Shown here piece by piece: positions 19,665 through 29,848 of a stretch of DNA of 64,000 nucleotides (position 1 is its first letter; each line of letters begins with the position of its first letter). The translations under genes were made by a program, and so were the position numbers. The stretch covers positions 128,098 to 192,097 of the forward strand of contig JAHDKI010000001.1 in NCBI GenBank assembly GCA_018436925.1, read 5' to 3'. Under the pieces are notes generated by a model. That model saw only the letters and a program-made list of their open reading frames with translations. It had not been told where the DNA came from and searched no databases. Origin of the DNA: Syntrophaceae bacterium (GTDB lineage: Bacteria > Desulfobacterota > Syntrophia > Syntrophales > Smithellaceae).

Positions 19665-21005
19665 TTATATCGATTCGGACCTTGTCCGCCGCTCAAATTG
19701 ATCCGCCGATTCCCCCCGTTCACGAATCCAGCGGTTGTCGAGTTTCCCCAGCACTTGATGAAACTTTCTGCCCGGAGGCGGGGTCAGGTCGGACACCAGT
19801 TCAATGTTGAGTTTGAGATCGGGATGCAAGGCCGCCAAATGTTTTCGCACTTTCGGCCAGAACACCTCTGAATACTGCGGACCGGGAACGACCTTGACAA
19901 CGATGCGGTCAAGCGTTTCCTGAATGATCTGGAAGGCGCGAATGGAATCAATCAGATTCCAGTCCGGCCGGTCATGCGGGAAAGCGAAGTTGACCGCGTC
20001 GTAGAGATTTCGCGGATTGATTTCCGATCCGTCGGGTAAGACGATGAAATTGACGTCCCGGCCTTCCGTCAGGCGCATGACCGGTCCGTGAAAGCCGCAG
20101 TCGCAGACGCCTTCGCCCAGATCGATGCCGCGGTCGCCTGTGCAATAGCGGATAAAGGGCATGGTGCGGTTGTACAGGTTCGTGATCACGATACGGCCGC
20201 TTTGTCCATAGCCCACGGGCCGGCCGGAGCGATCGACGATCTCAATCCAGGCGTTGGCCAGATTGGGATGCATCCGGTCGGGATGAACCGGGCACTGCCA
20301 GGCAAGATTGCCGACTTCCTCGCAGCTGTAGTAGTCCGCGACGGGACAGCCAAAGACCTCCGTAAGCAGCGCGCGGACATGGCCAAAGAGCATCTCAACG
20401 TTGGAGATGATAATCCGTGGTCTGGGCGGCCGAATTCCCCGGTCTTTCATGGCCAGCGCGACTTCCCAAAGAATGGAGGGCCGGCCGACAATCATGAACG
20501 CTTTCGTTTTGCAGATCAGATGGATTTGTTCATTCATCGGAATATCGCGAAACAGACGGACTCTTTTGTGCGGGCCGACCCGGACGAGAATGGCATCGTC
20601 GAGGCTTTTTCGTTCCGGCCCCACATCAACGACGCTCAGCGGAAATTTCACGCCGGCATGGCGGCTGTAGGCGTCGAGAAAAACGATTTTGCGGAAGGCC
20701 TGTTCACAAAAGCTCATGTAGACCGTGACGGGCGTGCCGGTGGTGCCGGTGGTCTGTTTGACGCTCAGGGTCTCCGGACGGCTTCCGTGCGCGAGATAGG
20801 ACGACGGCCCGCCTGCCATGAGGTCGATGCGGGAAACGGTCGGAAGCGAGGGAAGATCGTCAATTCCCCGGATGTCGGCCGGCCGGATACCCGCCCGGTC
20901 ATAGGTATTCCGGTAAAAAGCCACGTTTCGATAAGCCTGAGAGACGGCATCGCGGATGCAGCGGTTGACGATATTCATGCTTTTGCGCGGCAGAAAGCGA
21001 AGCAT
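19665..21005 (-). CDS. phenylacetate-CoA ligase/CapK/F390 synthetase family adenylating enzyme
   Basis: AYRNVAFYR, TTGTTGTP, DYYSCEEVG, TNLYNRTMPFIRYCTGD, FQIIQE. Confidence 0.85.
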   Translation of the reverse strand: MLRFLPRKSMNIVNRCIRDAVSQAYRNVAFYRNTYDRAGIRPADIRGIDDLPSLPTVSRIDLMAGGPSSYLAHGSRPETLSVKQTTGTTGTPVTVYMSFCEQAFRKIVFLDAYSRHAGVKFPLSVVDVGPERKSLDDAILVRVGPHKRVRLFRDIPMNEQIHLICKTKAFMIVGRPSILWEVALAMKDRGIRPPRPRIIISNVEMLFGHVRALLTEVFGCPVADYYSCEEVGNLAWQCPVHPDRMHPNLANAWIEIVDRSGRPVGYGQSGRIVITNLYNRTMPFIRYCTGDRGIDLGEGVCDCGFHGPVMRLTEGRDVNFIVLPDGSEINPRNLYDAVNFAFPHDRPDWNLIDSIRAFQIIQETLDRIVVKVVPGPQYSEVFWPKVRKHLAALHPDLKLNIELVSDLTPPPGRKFHQVLGKLDNRWIRERGESADQFERRTRSESI

Positions 21006-21038
21006 TTCGGACGTCCGAAGGATAATGAATTGCGCTGG

Positions 21039-21067
21039 TATTTAGGACAAAAAAGTCACTCTGTCAA
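21039..21067 (-). promoter_or_regulatory. putative sigma-70 promoter of ligase-methyltransferase operon
   Basis: TTGACA-17 bp-TAAATA on minus strand. Confidence 0.5.
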
Positions 21068-21172
21068 TAAAGAATGGATTTCATGGCCGGGCAAGAAAAC
21101 GTCATCGATGCAATGGAAAGGCCTCACGCTGGAAAAGTCGTCGATCGTCCTGGATGTTGCCGCATGATGTTC

Positions 21173-21201
21173 TTGACACGAAACCAACTATTCCTTATAG
21201 T
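21173..21201 (+). promoter_or_regulatory. putative sigma-70 promoter of polysaccharide operon
   Basis: TTGACA-17 bp-TATAGT. Confidence 0.65.
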
Positions 21202-21250
21202 CCTTCGCGATTAACTAGAAGGATCTCGCAAAGCGGGTCTTGACGTTCCT

Positions 21251-21835
21251 ATGGCATACCGCATCCGCGATGTTTTTATCGCACTCATTCTGGCCATCTT
21301 TCTTGCGCCTTTGGTCGTTTTGATCAGCATCTTTATTTTTCTTTTTTACGGCCGGCCGATTTTCTATTCGGAAAAGCGGGTGGGGTTGCATGGGGCGGTT
21401 TTCACGATTCACAAATTCCGAACGCTGAAGAAGGCAGTTAAAACAAGACGGACCGCCTTTGATCTCGACGGCAGAGTCGCGAAAAACGGAACGCCTGATC
21501 ACTGCCGCGGTCCTTTCTTCAAGGTCCTTCGTCGCTACAGCATCGATGAACTGCCCCAGATCTGGAATGTTTTGACGGGAGACATGTCCATTGTCGGTCC
21601 CCGGCCGATGCCGCGGCGTGAGCTGGATTACCGCTTCGGGTCCGACGCAGTGAAGATTACATCCGTCCGTCCGGGGTTGACGGGACTGTGGCAGATAAGC
21701 GGCCGCAATGATCTGCCCGACGATCAGCGCCGTGCGCTTGATCTCCACTATGTAGAGGCAAGAAACAGCCGGCTGGACGGTTTGATCCTTCTCAAAACGC
21801 TTTTAGCCGTCGTGTCCGGTCGCGGCGCTTATTAG
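21251..21835 (+). CDS. bacterial sugar transferase (initiating phosphoglycosyl transferase)
   Basis: KFRTL, LRRYSIDELPQIWNVLTGDMSIVGPRP, RPGLTGLWQISGRN. Confidence 0.92.
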   Translation: MAYRIRDVFIALILAIFLAPLVVLISIFIFLFYGRPIFYSEKRVGLHGAVFTIHKFRTLKKAVKTRRTAFDLDGRVAKNGTPDHCRGPFFKVLRRYSIDELPQIWNVLTGDMSIVGPRPMPRRELDYRFGSDAVKITSVRPGLTGLWQISGRNDLPDDQRRALDLHYVEARNSRLDGLILLKTLLAVVSGRGAY

Positions 21836-21879
21836 ACGGGACGGGCGTTTCGACAATCTTTCGATCAACGGTTCAGGCG

Positions 21880-23085
21880 ATGCACATTCTTCAGATCATG
21901 AAATGGATTTCCAGCATGGAGGATACGGGCGGTAAAATCCGCTCGTTCCGGATCGGCCGGGCGCTTTCCACCTTCGCGCAGGTGGATGCCGCCGGATTCG
22001 TCCTTCCGGGGGATCGACCGGATGGCAATTGTGACCATCTGTCGCACTATCAGCGTTTGTTTCCGCTGCCGATCTGCCGGGGCGCGGTTGCAGCCGGTGC
22101 GGCCCTGAAAGCATTTGCAGGCGGACTATCCTTGCGGACAGGCCGTTTTTTCCCAGCGGTCTTTTCTTCTTTTATGAAAGACATTGTGCCACCCGGCCGC
22201 TATGATGCCATTCAGGTTGAGGAGCTTCCCCTGATGAGCGCGGTGCGTGGATGCTTTCCCGATACTCCCGTCATCTACAGTTCGCACAATGTTGAATCCG
22301 CTTTGTCACCGGATCTGTTTGCCCGCCGGAATATTCTGCTAAGACAAATTGCGGGGATAGAGGCCGGCCGCACGCTTGTCGAAGAACAAAAGGCTATGGC
22401 CCGCAGCTGTGCCTGCCTGGCTGTTTCGGAGCACGATCGCGATGCGCTCGTCGGGCTGGCCGGCGGCTGCAAAACGCCGGGTTATGTCTTGCCCAACTGC
22501 GCGCAGGATCGTTTTCAACCGGGTCCACCCGCGGGCTCCGATGCCGCGCTGCTCACAACAGGGTCTTTCGGCTGGTACCCCAATCGCGAAGGTCTTTTGT
22601 GGTTTGTGGATGAGATTATGCCGCTTTTGAAACGGGAGATTCCTTCTTTGCGGATCCATGTTGCCGGAAGCGGGATCGATTTCCGGTTTCGGCGGATCCT
22701 TTCGCGAAAGGGAATCCGGGTTTATCCCGATGTTCCCGATATGCTGCCTTTTTTGCAGGAGGCCCGGCTGCTGTTTGTTCCGTTGAGGATCGGCGCCGGA
22801 ACCCGAATCAAAATTCTGGAGGCCTGGGCGGCCGGTCTGCCGGTGGTTTCCACCTCTTGCGGAGCCGATGGCCTGAATGGCCGACCGGATGGCGACATCC
22901 TCATCGCGGATGATGCGGCAAGCTTTGCCCGTGCGATGCGCGCTGTTTATCAAGATGACCGCCTTTATGCGAGACTTCGGTCTGAGGGATTAAACCGGGC
23001 CCAGTCGCTTCGGTGGTCGTCTTTAGCCGGGCCGCTGAAAAACATTTACGCCGATATTCTGCGGGGCGCAGGGGGAAAGCCTTGA
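21880..23085 (+). CDS. glycosyltransferase family 4
   Basis: DTGGKIRS, HNVES, GSFGWYPN, PLRIGAGTRIKILEAWAAGLPVVST. Confidence 0.88.
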   Translation: MHILQIMKWISSMEDTGGKIRSFRIGRALSTFAQVDAAGFVLPGDRPDGNCDHLSHYQRLFPLPICRGAVAAGAALKAFAGGLSLRTGRFFPAVFSSFMKDIVPPGRYDAIQVEELPLMSAVRGCFPDTPVIYSSHNVESALSPDLFARRNILLRQIAGIEAGRTLVEEQKAMARSCACLAVSEHDRDALVGLAGGCKTPGYVLPNCAQDRFQPGPPAGSDAALLTTGSFGWYPNREGLLWFVDEIMPLLKREIPSLRIHVAGSGIDFRFRRILSRKGIRVYPDVPDMLPFLQEARLLFVPLRIGAGTRIKILEAWAAGLPVVSTSCGADGLNGRPDGDILIADDAASFARAMRAVYQDDRLYARLRSEGLNRAQSLRWSSLAGPLKNIYADILRGAGGKP

Positions 23086-24203
23086 AAATCGCCGTCAATG
23101 CCCGGATGCTTACGCAGAGAAAACCCGGCGGAATCGCAACGTATGCCCGGGAAACCCTTCGTCGCATCACGCGGGCGCATCCGGAGCATGATTTTCTGTT
23201 CATCGTTGATCGGCCGTTTACCCGTCGCGCCGAGTACCCGTCGAATGTGTCCGTGACTAGAACGTTTCCATCCTTTCATCCGCTTTTGTGGTATCCCTGG
23301 TTTGAATGGGCTGTGCCTCTCATTCTAAAAAAATTCGCTCCCGATATTTTCCTGTCGCTGGACGGCTTCGCTTCTCTGGCGGCAAGCGTGCCGACGGTTG
23401 ATGTGATTCACGACCTGAATTTTCACCACTACCCCGCCGACATGCCGGCGATGATCAGCCGATACTACAATGCCTATTTCCCCAAGTACGCAAAAAAAGC
23501 GAAGGGAATTGCCACTATCTCAGAATATTCAAAGCGGGATATTGTGACCCTTTACGGCGAACCGCCCTCTAAAATCACCCTGACGTGGTGCGGCGTGAGC
23601 GACGCATTCCTGCCCCTTGGCGATGAGGACAAAAAAAAGATCCGCGGCAGTCTGGCCGGCGGCGCGCCTTATTTTTTGTCCGTCGGCGCGGTCCATCCCC
23701 GGAAGAATCTGTCTCGTCTGATCAAAGCGTTCGATCAGTTCAAGGACAGGACAAACACGGAACTGAAACTCGTTCTGGCCGGACCGAGCCTTTTTAAAAC
23801 CGGAGAGCTCTTCCAGGTCTGGAATCAAAGTCTTCACAAGAAAGATATTCTTTTCACAGGCACCGTCTCCAACGAGCGCCTAGCCGCGATTTACGGCGGC
23901 GCCGAGGCTCTGCTTTTCGTGTCTTATTTTGAAGGGTTCGGCATCCCGGCGCTCGAGGCGATGGCTTGTGAGATTCCCGTGGTGGCCGCAAACCGAACCT
24001 CACTGCCTGAAGTCTGCGGTCAGGCGGCCCGCTATGTCGATCCGTTTTCCGTCGATGACATTGCCCGCGCCATGGAAGATATTTTCTACGATGAAGATTT
24101 GCGCGCCCACCTTATAGAGACCGGTCGCCGGCAGAAAGAAAACTTCAGCTGGGACAAGACCGCCGATCTCTTGTGGCAGGCAGTAGAGAGGGGCCTTTCA
24201 TGA
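23082..24203 (+). CDS. glycosyltransferase family 4 (mannosyltransferase-like)
   Basis: TTG start overlapping previous stop; IHDLNF, HPRKNL, SYFEGFGIPALEAMAC. Confidence 0.9.
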   Translation: MKIAVNARMLTQRKPGGIATYARETLRRITRAHPEHDFLFIVDRPFTRRAEYPSNVSVTRTFPSFHPLLWYPWFEWAVPLILKKFAPDIFLSLDGFASLAASVPTVDVIHDLNFHHYPADMPAMISRYYNAYFPKYAKKAKGIATISEYSKRDIVTLYGEPPSKITLTWCGVSDAFLPLGDEDKKKIRGSLAGGAPYFLSVGAVHPRKNLSRLIKAFDQFKDRTNTELKLVLAGPSLFKTGELFQVWNQSLHKKDILFTGTVSNERLAAIYGGAEALLFVSYFEGFGIPALEAMACEIPVVAANRTSLPEVCGQAARYVDPFSVDDIARAMEDIFYDEDLRAHLIETGRRQKENFSWDKTADLLWQAVERGLS

Positions 24204-25408
24204 CCGCGCTGGAAATCGTTTTCCTTGTGCTTGCCGGTCTCGTTGTTTACACCTATGCGGGATACGGCGCCTGCATGATTCTTTTCGCGGCGGTCAAAGA
24301 CCGCCTGACGCGGCCGCATCAAACGACTGACGATAAAGGGTTTGAACCGACCGTCACCCTCATCGTTGCGGCTTTTAATGAGGAGGCCTGGCTCGCTACA
24401 AAGATCGAAAACTCGCTCTCACTGGACTATCCGCAGGAGAAATTCACCATTGTGTTTGTGACCGACGGGTCCACCGACGGCTTTTCAGACATCATCGGAA
24501 GATATCCCCGTATTGCGCATCTTCACCAAAACGAACGGCGGGGAAAGACGGCGGCTATGAATCGCGCCATGAAGTCCGTCGATTCGCAGATTGTTGTCTT
24601 TTCTGACGCCAACGCGATGCTCAATCGCGAAGCCATCCGCAAAATCGTTGCGGGTTTTCGCGATGCGCGCGTGGGATGTGTCTGCGGTGAAAAACGCCTG
24701 AGAAAAGACGATCAGGCCGGAGCGGCGGATGCCGGTGAAGGATTCTACTGGCGCTATGAATCGAGAATCAAGGCGGCGGAGGCGCGTTTGGGCTCGTGTA
24801 TCGGCGCGGCCGGCGAACTCTTTGCCGTTCGGGGGGATCTGTTTACGGAAATTCCGGAAGATACGATTCTTGACGATTTCACGATTTCTCTGGGAATGGC
24901 GCTTCGGGGTTATCGGGTGGCCTACGCGGCGGACGCCTACGCGACCGAAACGGCATCGGCGGACATGGGCCAGGAATGGAAAAGAAAAATTCGCATTGCG
25001 GCGGGCCATGTCCAGTCTGTTATACGGATGCCGGAGCTGCTCAATCCTTTCCGGCAGGGACTGCTCGCTTTTCAATACCTGTCGCACAAATTTTTGCGTT
25101 CGTTTGTCGCGCCGGTATGTTTTGTTCTTCTGTTTCCGTTGAATCTTCTCCTGGTCACGCATAAATGGCCTCTTTATGTTTTTATGCTTTCCCTTCAGGG
25201 GCTGTTTTATCTCACCGCCGGGGCCGGGTATTGTCTGCAAAAGCGCCGCGTGCCGGTGCGGGGATTTTTTCTTCCCTTGTATGTGGTGATGATGAATGCC
25301 GCGGCCTGGATCGGCGTTTTCCGTTATCTCCAGGGGCGGCAAACTGTTTTGTGGGATAAGGCCCGAAGGCAGGTCGAGGCGACACCGCAAGAAAGGATTC
25401 CGATGTGA
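24200..25408 (+). CDS. glycosyltransferase family 2
   Basis: AAFNEE, DGSTD, RGKTAAMN, FSDANAM, DDF, RKIRIAAG, C-terminal TM helices. Confidence 0.9.
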   Translation: MTALEIVFLVLAGLVVYTYAGYGACMILFAAVKDRLTRPHQTTDDKGFEPTVTLIVAAFNEEAWLATKIENSLSLDYPQEKFTIVFVTDGSTDGFSDIIGRYPRIAHLHQNERRGKTAAMNRAMKSVDSQIVVFSDANAMLNREAIRKIVAGFRDARVGCVCGEKRLRKDDQAGAADAGEGFYWRYESRIKAAEARLGSCIGAAGELFAVRGDLFTEIPEDTILDDFTISLGMALRGYRVAYAADAYATETASADMGQEWKRKIRIAAGHVQSVIRMPELLNPFRQGLLAFQYLSHKFLRSFVAPVCFVLLFPLNLLLVTHKWPLYVFMLSLQGLFYLTAGAGYCLQKRRVPVRGFFLPLYVVMMNAAAWIGVFRYLQGRQTVLWDKARRQVEATPQERIPM

Positions 25409-26718
25409 CCCGAAGAAGTTTATGGTTGCGGTTCTATATCGTTTTATTGGTTGCGTCCCTGGCCGTGGATGCGCCGATATTCGGGCTGCCCGCCCTGTCT
25501 GTCCAATCGCTGCCCGCATCGCTTTTTATCTTTCTTGCCGGCATGCTATTTCCTTTGTCTTTCAGGAAAGAGGCCCTTCAATTTGTACAACAGCAAAAAT
25601 GGCTCCTGTCTTTTGCCCTGGCGTTTTGCCTCGTCGGCCTGATCTCCATTGCGCTTTCCTCCTATCCCGCGCTGATGGGGCTTAAATGTCTTTTTTCCTA
25701 TGGCCTTTATTTCAGCGTGGCGCTTTTGCTGCTTTTCCTTTTTTCGCTGGAAAAATCGCTCGGCCTGTTTTTTCTAAAAACGATCGCTGCGCTGGGGGTG
25801 ATCCTGGCTTTGATTTCCTTCGGCGAAGTGACGCATGAGCAACTGTACCGATTTCTTGCCGATACGTTCCGCAATGGAGAGTATCAGATCGTTGACGGCA
25901 GGTTCCGGGCGGGCGCCACGCTGGGGCATCCCAATCTATTCGGTTGCTTCATGGCGTTGGCCGTTTTTATCTTTTTCCATCTGAAAGACGAGTTTGCATT
26001 GAAAGCGACACTTTTCTATCCCGCCATTGGCATTCTTTGCGCGGCAACGGCCCTATCCGGTTCGAGAAACGCCGCGCTCGCACTGATTCTGCCTCTGCTT
26101 TTGATCTCACTTCATCGTAAAACGCTCAAACCGGCCGCTATCGGTCTATTTCTGGCCATTGCAGCGATATTATTTCTCAGTCCCGGGGCGTCGAGATATG
26201 CCGATGTCGTGAACCTACCGGCCTGGCAGAATAACACAAGCAGCCACAACGATTCGTCTGCTCCTGCGCAGATCAACACCGCCGCCAGCCGTCTGGATTT
26301 GTGGCGCGCCGCCGCCTCTATGTTTGCCGACCATCCGGCTTTCGGCATCGGTCCGGGCGCCTATAATGGGGCGCTTAAAGACTATGCGTCCAAACGGCTT
26401 CTGGCCTATGATCGGGAAAAAATTGAAAAGGGGCATCTCAACGCCCATAACGGTTTTTTCAACATTCTGGCGGAATTCGGGTTGGTGGGCATTATCGTTG
26501 TTTTCATTTCCTCGCTCTATTGTTTTCTTTTGTTCATCGGCCGCGCGGGCCTTTATCCTCCGGGACCGGCGCATGCCCTTTTAGCGGCGATTTTTCTGTC
26601 TTTCATGCCGGATGCCTTTTTCTACAGCCCGTTTTATATGGTGACGACCCTGACGCTGGTTTTCCTGTTTACGTTCGGGAAAAGTCACAGGCCTTCGATC
26701 GTTTCCGACGCCTCATAA
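25405..26718 (+). CDS. O-antigen ligase / Wzy-like polymerase
   Basis: Multi-TM; RAGATLGHPN, LSGSR, RLDLWRAA...DHPAFGIGPG, AHNGFFNILAEFGLVG. Confidence 0.85.
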   Translation: MTRRSLWLRFYIVLLVASLAVDAPIFGLPALSVQSLPASLFIFLAGMLFPLSFRKEALQFVQQQKWLLSFALAFCLVGLISIALSSYPALMGLKCLFSYGLYFSVALLLLFLFSLEKSLGLFFLKTIAALGVILALISFGEVTHEQLYRFLADTFRNGEYQIVDGRFRAGATLGHPNLFGCFMALAVFIFFHLKDEFALKATLFYPAIGILCAATALSGSRNAALALILPLLLISLHRKTLKPAAIGLFLAIAAILFLSPGASRYADVVNLPAWQNNTSSHNDSSAPAQINTAASRLDLWRAAASMFADHPAFGIGPGAYNGALKDYASKRLLAYDREKIEKGHLNAHNGFFNILAEFGLVGIIVVFISSLYCFLLFIGRAGLYPPGPAHALLAAIFLSFMPDAFFYSPFYMVTTLTLVFLFTFGKSHRPSIVSDAS

Positions 26719-27913
26719 ACCAGGCACCGGCCAGCGCCGTTAAAACCGCTTCTGTCGCAAGGGTGGAAAAGGCTGCCCCCGTGGCGAGGTATCGGGGAAT
26801 CAGGACACCATTCAGCCCGATATTGAAGACGGCACAGATTGTTGCGATGACAGCGTAAGCCTTTTCACCGTTTACCGCAATCATCGCCTGAGTGAGAATG
26901 AAATTGGGCAGAAGGAATATCAGCGACAGCATCAGCAGAGGCAGGATGTCCACCGCCGGCTGATAAGCATGTCCATAAAACAGAAGAATCATCTTCGGCG
27001 CCAGAAGAAAACCGGCCGCGCTTCCCAAAAAGCCGACGGCTAGGGCCGCTCCGAGAAGCGTGGCGAGTCTGCTGTTGAAAGCGCGTTGATCAAGCCACCT
27101 TTGGCGCAGGGATCGAAAGATCAGATGCGCGACGGGCGTCGCGAAAAGGACGACGCCCTCCAGAAGCTGAAGGGCCGCGCCGTAGTATCCCACCAGCGCG
27201 AGATCCGGCTGAAGATGTTTGAGCAAAACGATGCCGCTTTTGAAGTAAATCAGCGTCGCCGCGCTGATGATGACAAAAGCCAGGCAGGATTTCCAGATTT
27301 TCAAAGGCGGAAACTGAAGCTTCGGCGTGCGAAAAATGGCACGCCCTGTTTTTGTGCAAAAAAGCAGGATTTGGCCGGCAATAAATCCGATGAACACCTT
27401 TTCCGGCGACGGGGGCGTGAACACAAGCAAACCGACAACGGGAAGCGCAAGAAGCGTGTTCAGCTCAATGCGCCAGAGGGCTTCCTGCACAAAGGCCCCC
27501 TGCCCTTTTAGAAGAGACGAAATGATGTTTGTCAGGCATCGGAACGCGAAATAGACAAAAGCCAGCAAAAAAGCCGTTTTGTATAGAATCGGCGCGAGGA
27601 TGACGATAATCGATCCGGCCAGGGTGATGGCGGCGATATAGCTGAAATAGGCCGACAGAAGGCTTTCGGCGCTCGCAAGTTCTTTTTCGGTAGGCGTGGT
27701 TTTTTCACGAAACAGGAGCACCTGGAACCCGCCGTCTTGTAAAATAGCAAACAGCGAAGCGATTGTCTGGACGTACAGAAACACGGCCAGAGAAGACGGG
27801 CCGAGTGTGCGGGCCAGAAAAATCATCAGCAGAAACACAATGACCGCCCCGTAACTGACGGACGCCCACTGGCTGCCGATGTTTCGAATGAGGGTGATTC
27901 TGGAATGCGGCAT
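26669..27913 (-). CDS. Wzx-like oligosaccharide flippase
   Basis: Multi-TM, LARTLGP, VGYYGAA, NIGLNGVLIPRY..TGAA. Confidence 0.85.
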   Translation of the reverse strand: MPHSRITLIRNIGSQWASVSYGAVIVFLLMIFLARTLGPSSLAVFLYVQTIASLFAILQDGGFQVLLFREKTTPTEKELASAESLLSAYFSYIAAITLAGSIIVILAPILYKTAFLLAFVYFAFRCLTNIISSLLKGQGAFVQEALWRIELNTLLALPVVGLLVFTPPSPEKVFIGFIAGQILLFCTKTGRAIFRTPKLQFPPLKIWKSCLAFVIISAATLIYFKSGIVLLKHLQPDLALVGYYGAALQLLEGVVLFATPVAHLIFRSLRQRWLDQRAFNSRLATLLGAALAVGFLGSAAGFLLAPKMILLFYGHAYQPAVDILPLLMLSLIFLLPNFILTQAMIAVNGEKAYAVIATICAVFNIGLNGVLIPRYLATGAAFSTLATEAVLTALAGAWFMRRRKRSKACDFSRT

Positions 27914-28123
27914 CAGATGATCCCTTTTCCCCCGAGGATGCGGATACGGGGATAGGCCATATCAGAAAAGCGCGCCGACGTCATGGGGAAAAGAAAACCA
28001 GGCGCCTCAGCGCGCTGCGTTCGGGCCTGAGCCGTATTGACGATTGCCGGGAACTTGTATATAGGGGGAGGGAAAATAAAACAAGCGCCTGCAAGGCATC
28101 GCCACAAGAAAGGACACAATCCA

Positions 28124-28846
28124 ATGGCAAAAATCCAATACGCGCAAAAAGACAGAATCGCCGTCATTACGCTGGATGACGGCAAGGTCAACGCCATGAA
28201 CTACGAATTTTTCAATGAACTCAACGATGCTTTGGATCGGGCCCAGGCCGACGCCGCTGGCGCCGTTATCTTCACGTGCCGCACCGCTATTTTTTCGGCC
28301 GGCCTCGATTTGAAGCTGATCGCTTCGCAGTCGCTCATGGAGCAGATGAAATTCCTCAAAGTATTTGCCGAGACCATGCTGAGAATCTATCAGTTCCCGA
28401 TTCCAACGATTGCAGCCTATCGCGGGCACTCGGTGGCCGGAGGACTGATTCTTTCCTGCGCATGCGACCGGATCATGGTTTCCGACGGACCTTACAAGAT
28501 GCAGCTCAACGAGGTGATTACGGGGATGCTTTTGCCGAGTTGGATTTTACTCATCTGCCGGTCGGCCATTCCGCCTCATGCCTGGACCGAAGCGCTTCTT
28601 CATGCCCGCGCCTATACGCCTCGGGAAGCCTTTGAGCGGGGCATTGTCGATGAGCTGATTGCGGAAGATGCGGACGTCGGGCAGGCGGCCGAGGGCTATG
28701 CCCGCGGACTGCTGAATCTGAAGCTTCACGCCTATGACGCCGCAAAGAAATTGCTTCGTGAACGAGATGCGGCAAACGTTCTGGATGTTTTTGAAAAAGA
28801 ACTGATGACCTGGTACATGCGGTACGGAGCGCCCGGCCAATCCTGA
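28124..28846 (+). CDS. enoyl-CoA hydratase/isomerase (crotonase) family
   Basis: ITLDDGKVNAM, FSAGLDL, PIPTIAA..GHSVAGG, LNEV. Confidence 0.9.
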   Translation: MAKIQYAQKDRIAVITLDDGKVNAMNYEFFNELNDALDRAQADAAGAVIFTCRTAIFSAGLDLKLIASQSLMEQMKFLKVFAETMLRIYQFPIPTIAAYRGHSVAGGLILSCACDRIMVSDGPYKMQLNEVITGMLLPSWILLICRSAIPPHAWTEALLHARAYTPREAFERGIVDELIAEDADVGQAAEGYARGLLNLKLHAYDAAKKLLRERDAANVLDVFEKELMTWYMRYGAPGQS

Positions 28847-28908
28847 TTTCCGGTGAAAGCTGCGGCGGAAAAGCCTTTATCGGCAAGGATCTCAGGTGAA
28901 GACGGTTT

Positions 28909-29788
28909 ATGGACCAGACTGTCTATACAGGCTTGCTTAAAACCCGTAACGGCGTCTCTTTTATTCAAGAGGCGGACGGGCGAAGATCCCTCGAAGGCGA
29001 AATAATCTGGAGCGGCTACCTTGCGCATTTCAGCGGCAAAAACGTATTCGCCCGCAAACTGCCGCACAACGATTACGAAACGGGCCGGCCCATTGTTCTG
29101 ATGTGGCCCTGCGATCCTGAGCCTGCGGAGTCTTTTGTCGAGCTGTATTTCAACGAGCGACTGGTGAAATACCCGATTTCGCTTCTGGGGCATCTGGCCG
29201 TGAATGTCGATGGAGAAATCTTCAACTTTTCGCATCTGATGAATGAAAATGAGGTTCTGCGGCCTGAGGATTACTTTTACCGTCCGGCGCTGGGGGAGTT
29301 TGCCCCGCATCCGGTTTCGGGGAAGGCCGATCTTGATGATCCGGAAAAACCTTATTATGACAAGTTCGGCCGGCGGTTCATGCGGACCGTCCATGTTCTC
29401 AGGATTCTCGGTCTTAATGCCCGCGCTTGCGGAAATCTTTCACGATGAACTCGAAGCCGTCAGGCGCTTTCCCCGAAATCCGGAAAAAGCGCAACACTAT
29501 GCAGGCTTCAATGTCTTTACGCGAAGCTGTGCTTCGATCATTCGGGATGGATTCCGGAAAGCGGGCTTTCAGAAAATCCGCGGCGTCTTCCCCCGGGATC
29601 TCTTCGTACGCACCGCGGATTTCTTCATGAATGAGGCAAACGATCCATCGATTCGGGTCTTTCTTTTAAAGCTTCACCAGCTGTCTGTTATCGAAGCGCC
29701 GCAAAGCGCGATGCCGCCGCTTATGAATCCTTTAAATCGTTTTCGTTTCCTGCGCCTGAAGGAGTTGAGGGGGGATGACCAAAAATAA
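28909..29788 (+). pseudogene. hypothetical gene split by a frameshift near 29420 (or sequencing error)
   Basis: Frame of 28909 reads ...LRILGLNA then stops at 29448; protein-like sequence continues in +1 frame as ALAEIFHDELE...FNVFTRSCAS to stop at 29788. Confidence 0.6.
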
Positions 29789-29848
29789 TGAAGGAGAGAA
29801 TCCGCAAAGCTGAGATCTTGTTAATCTTTTCACAGGAGAGTTGAAGTC

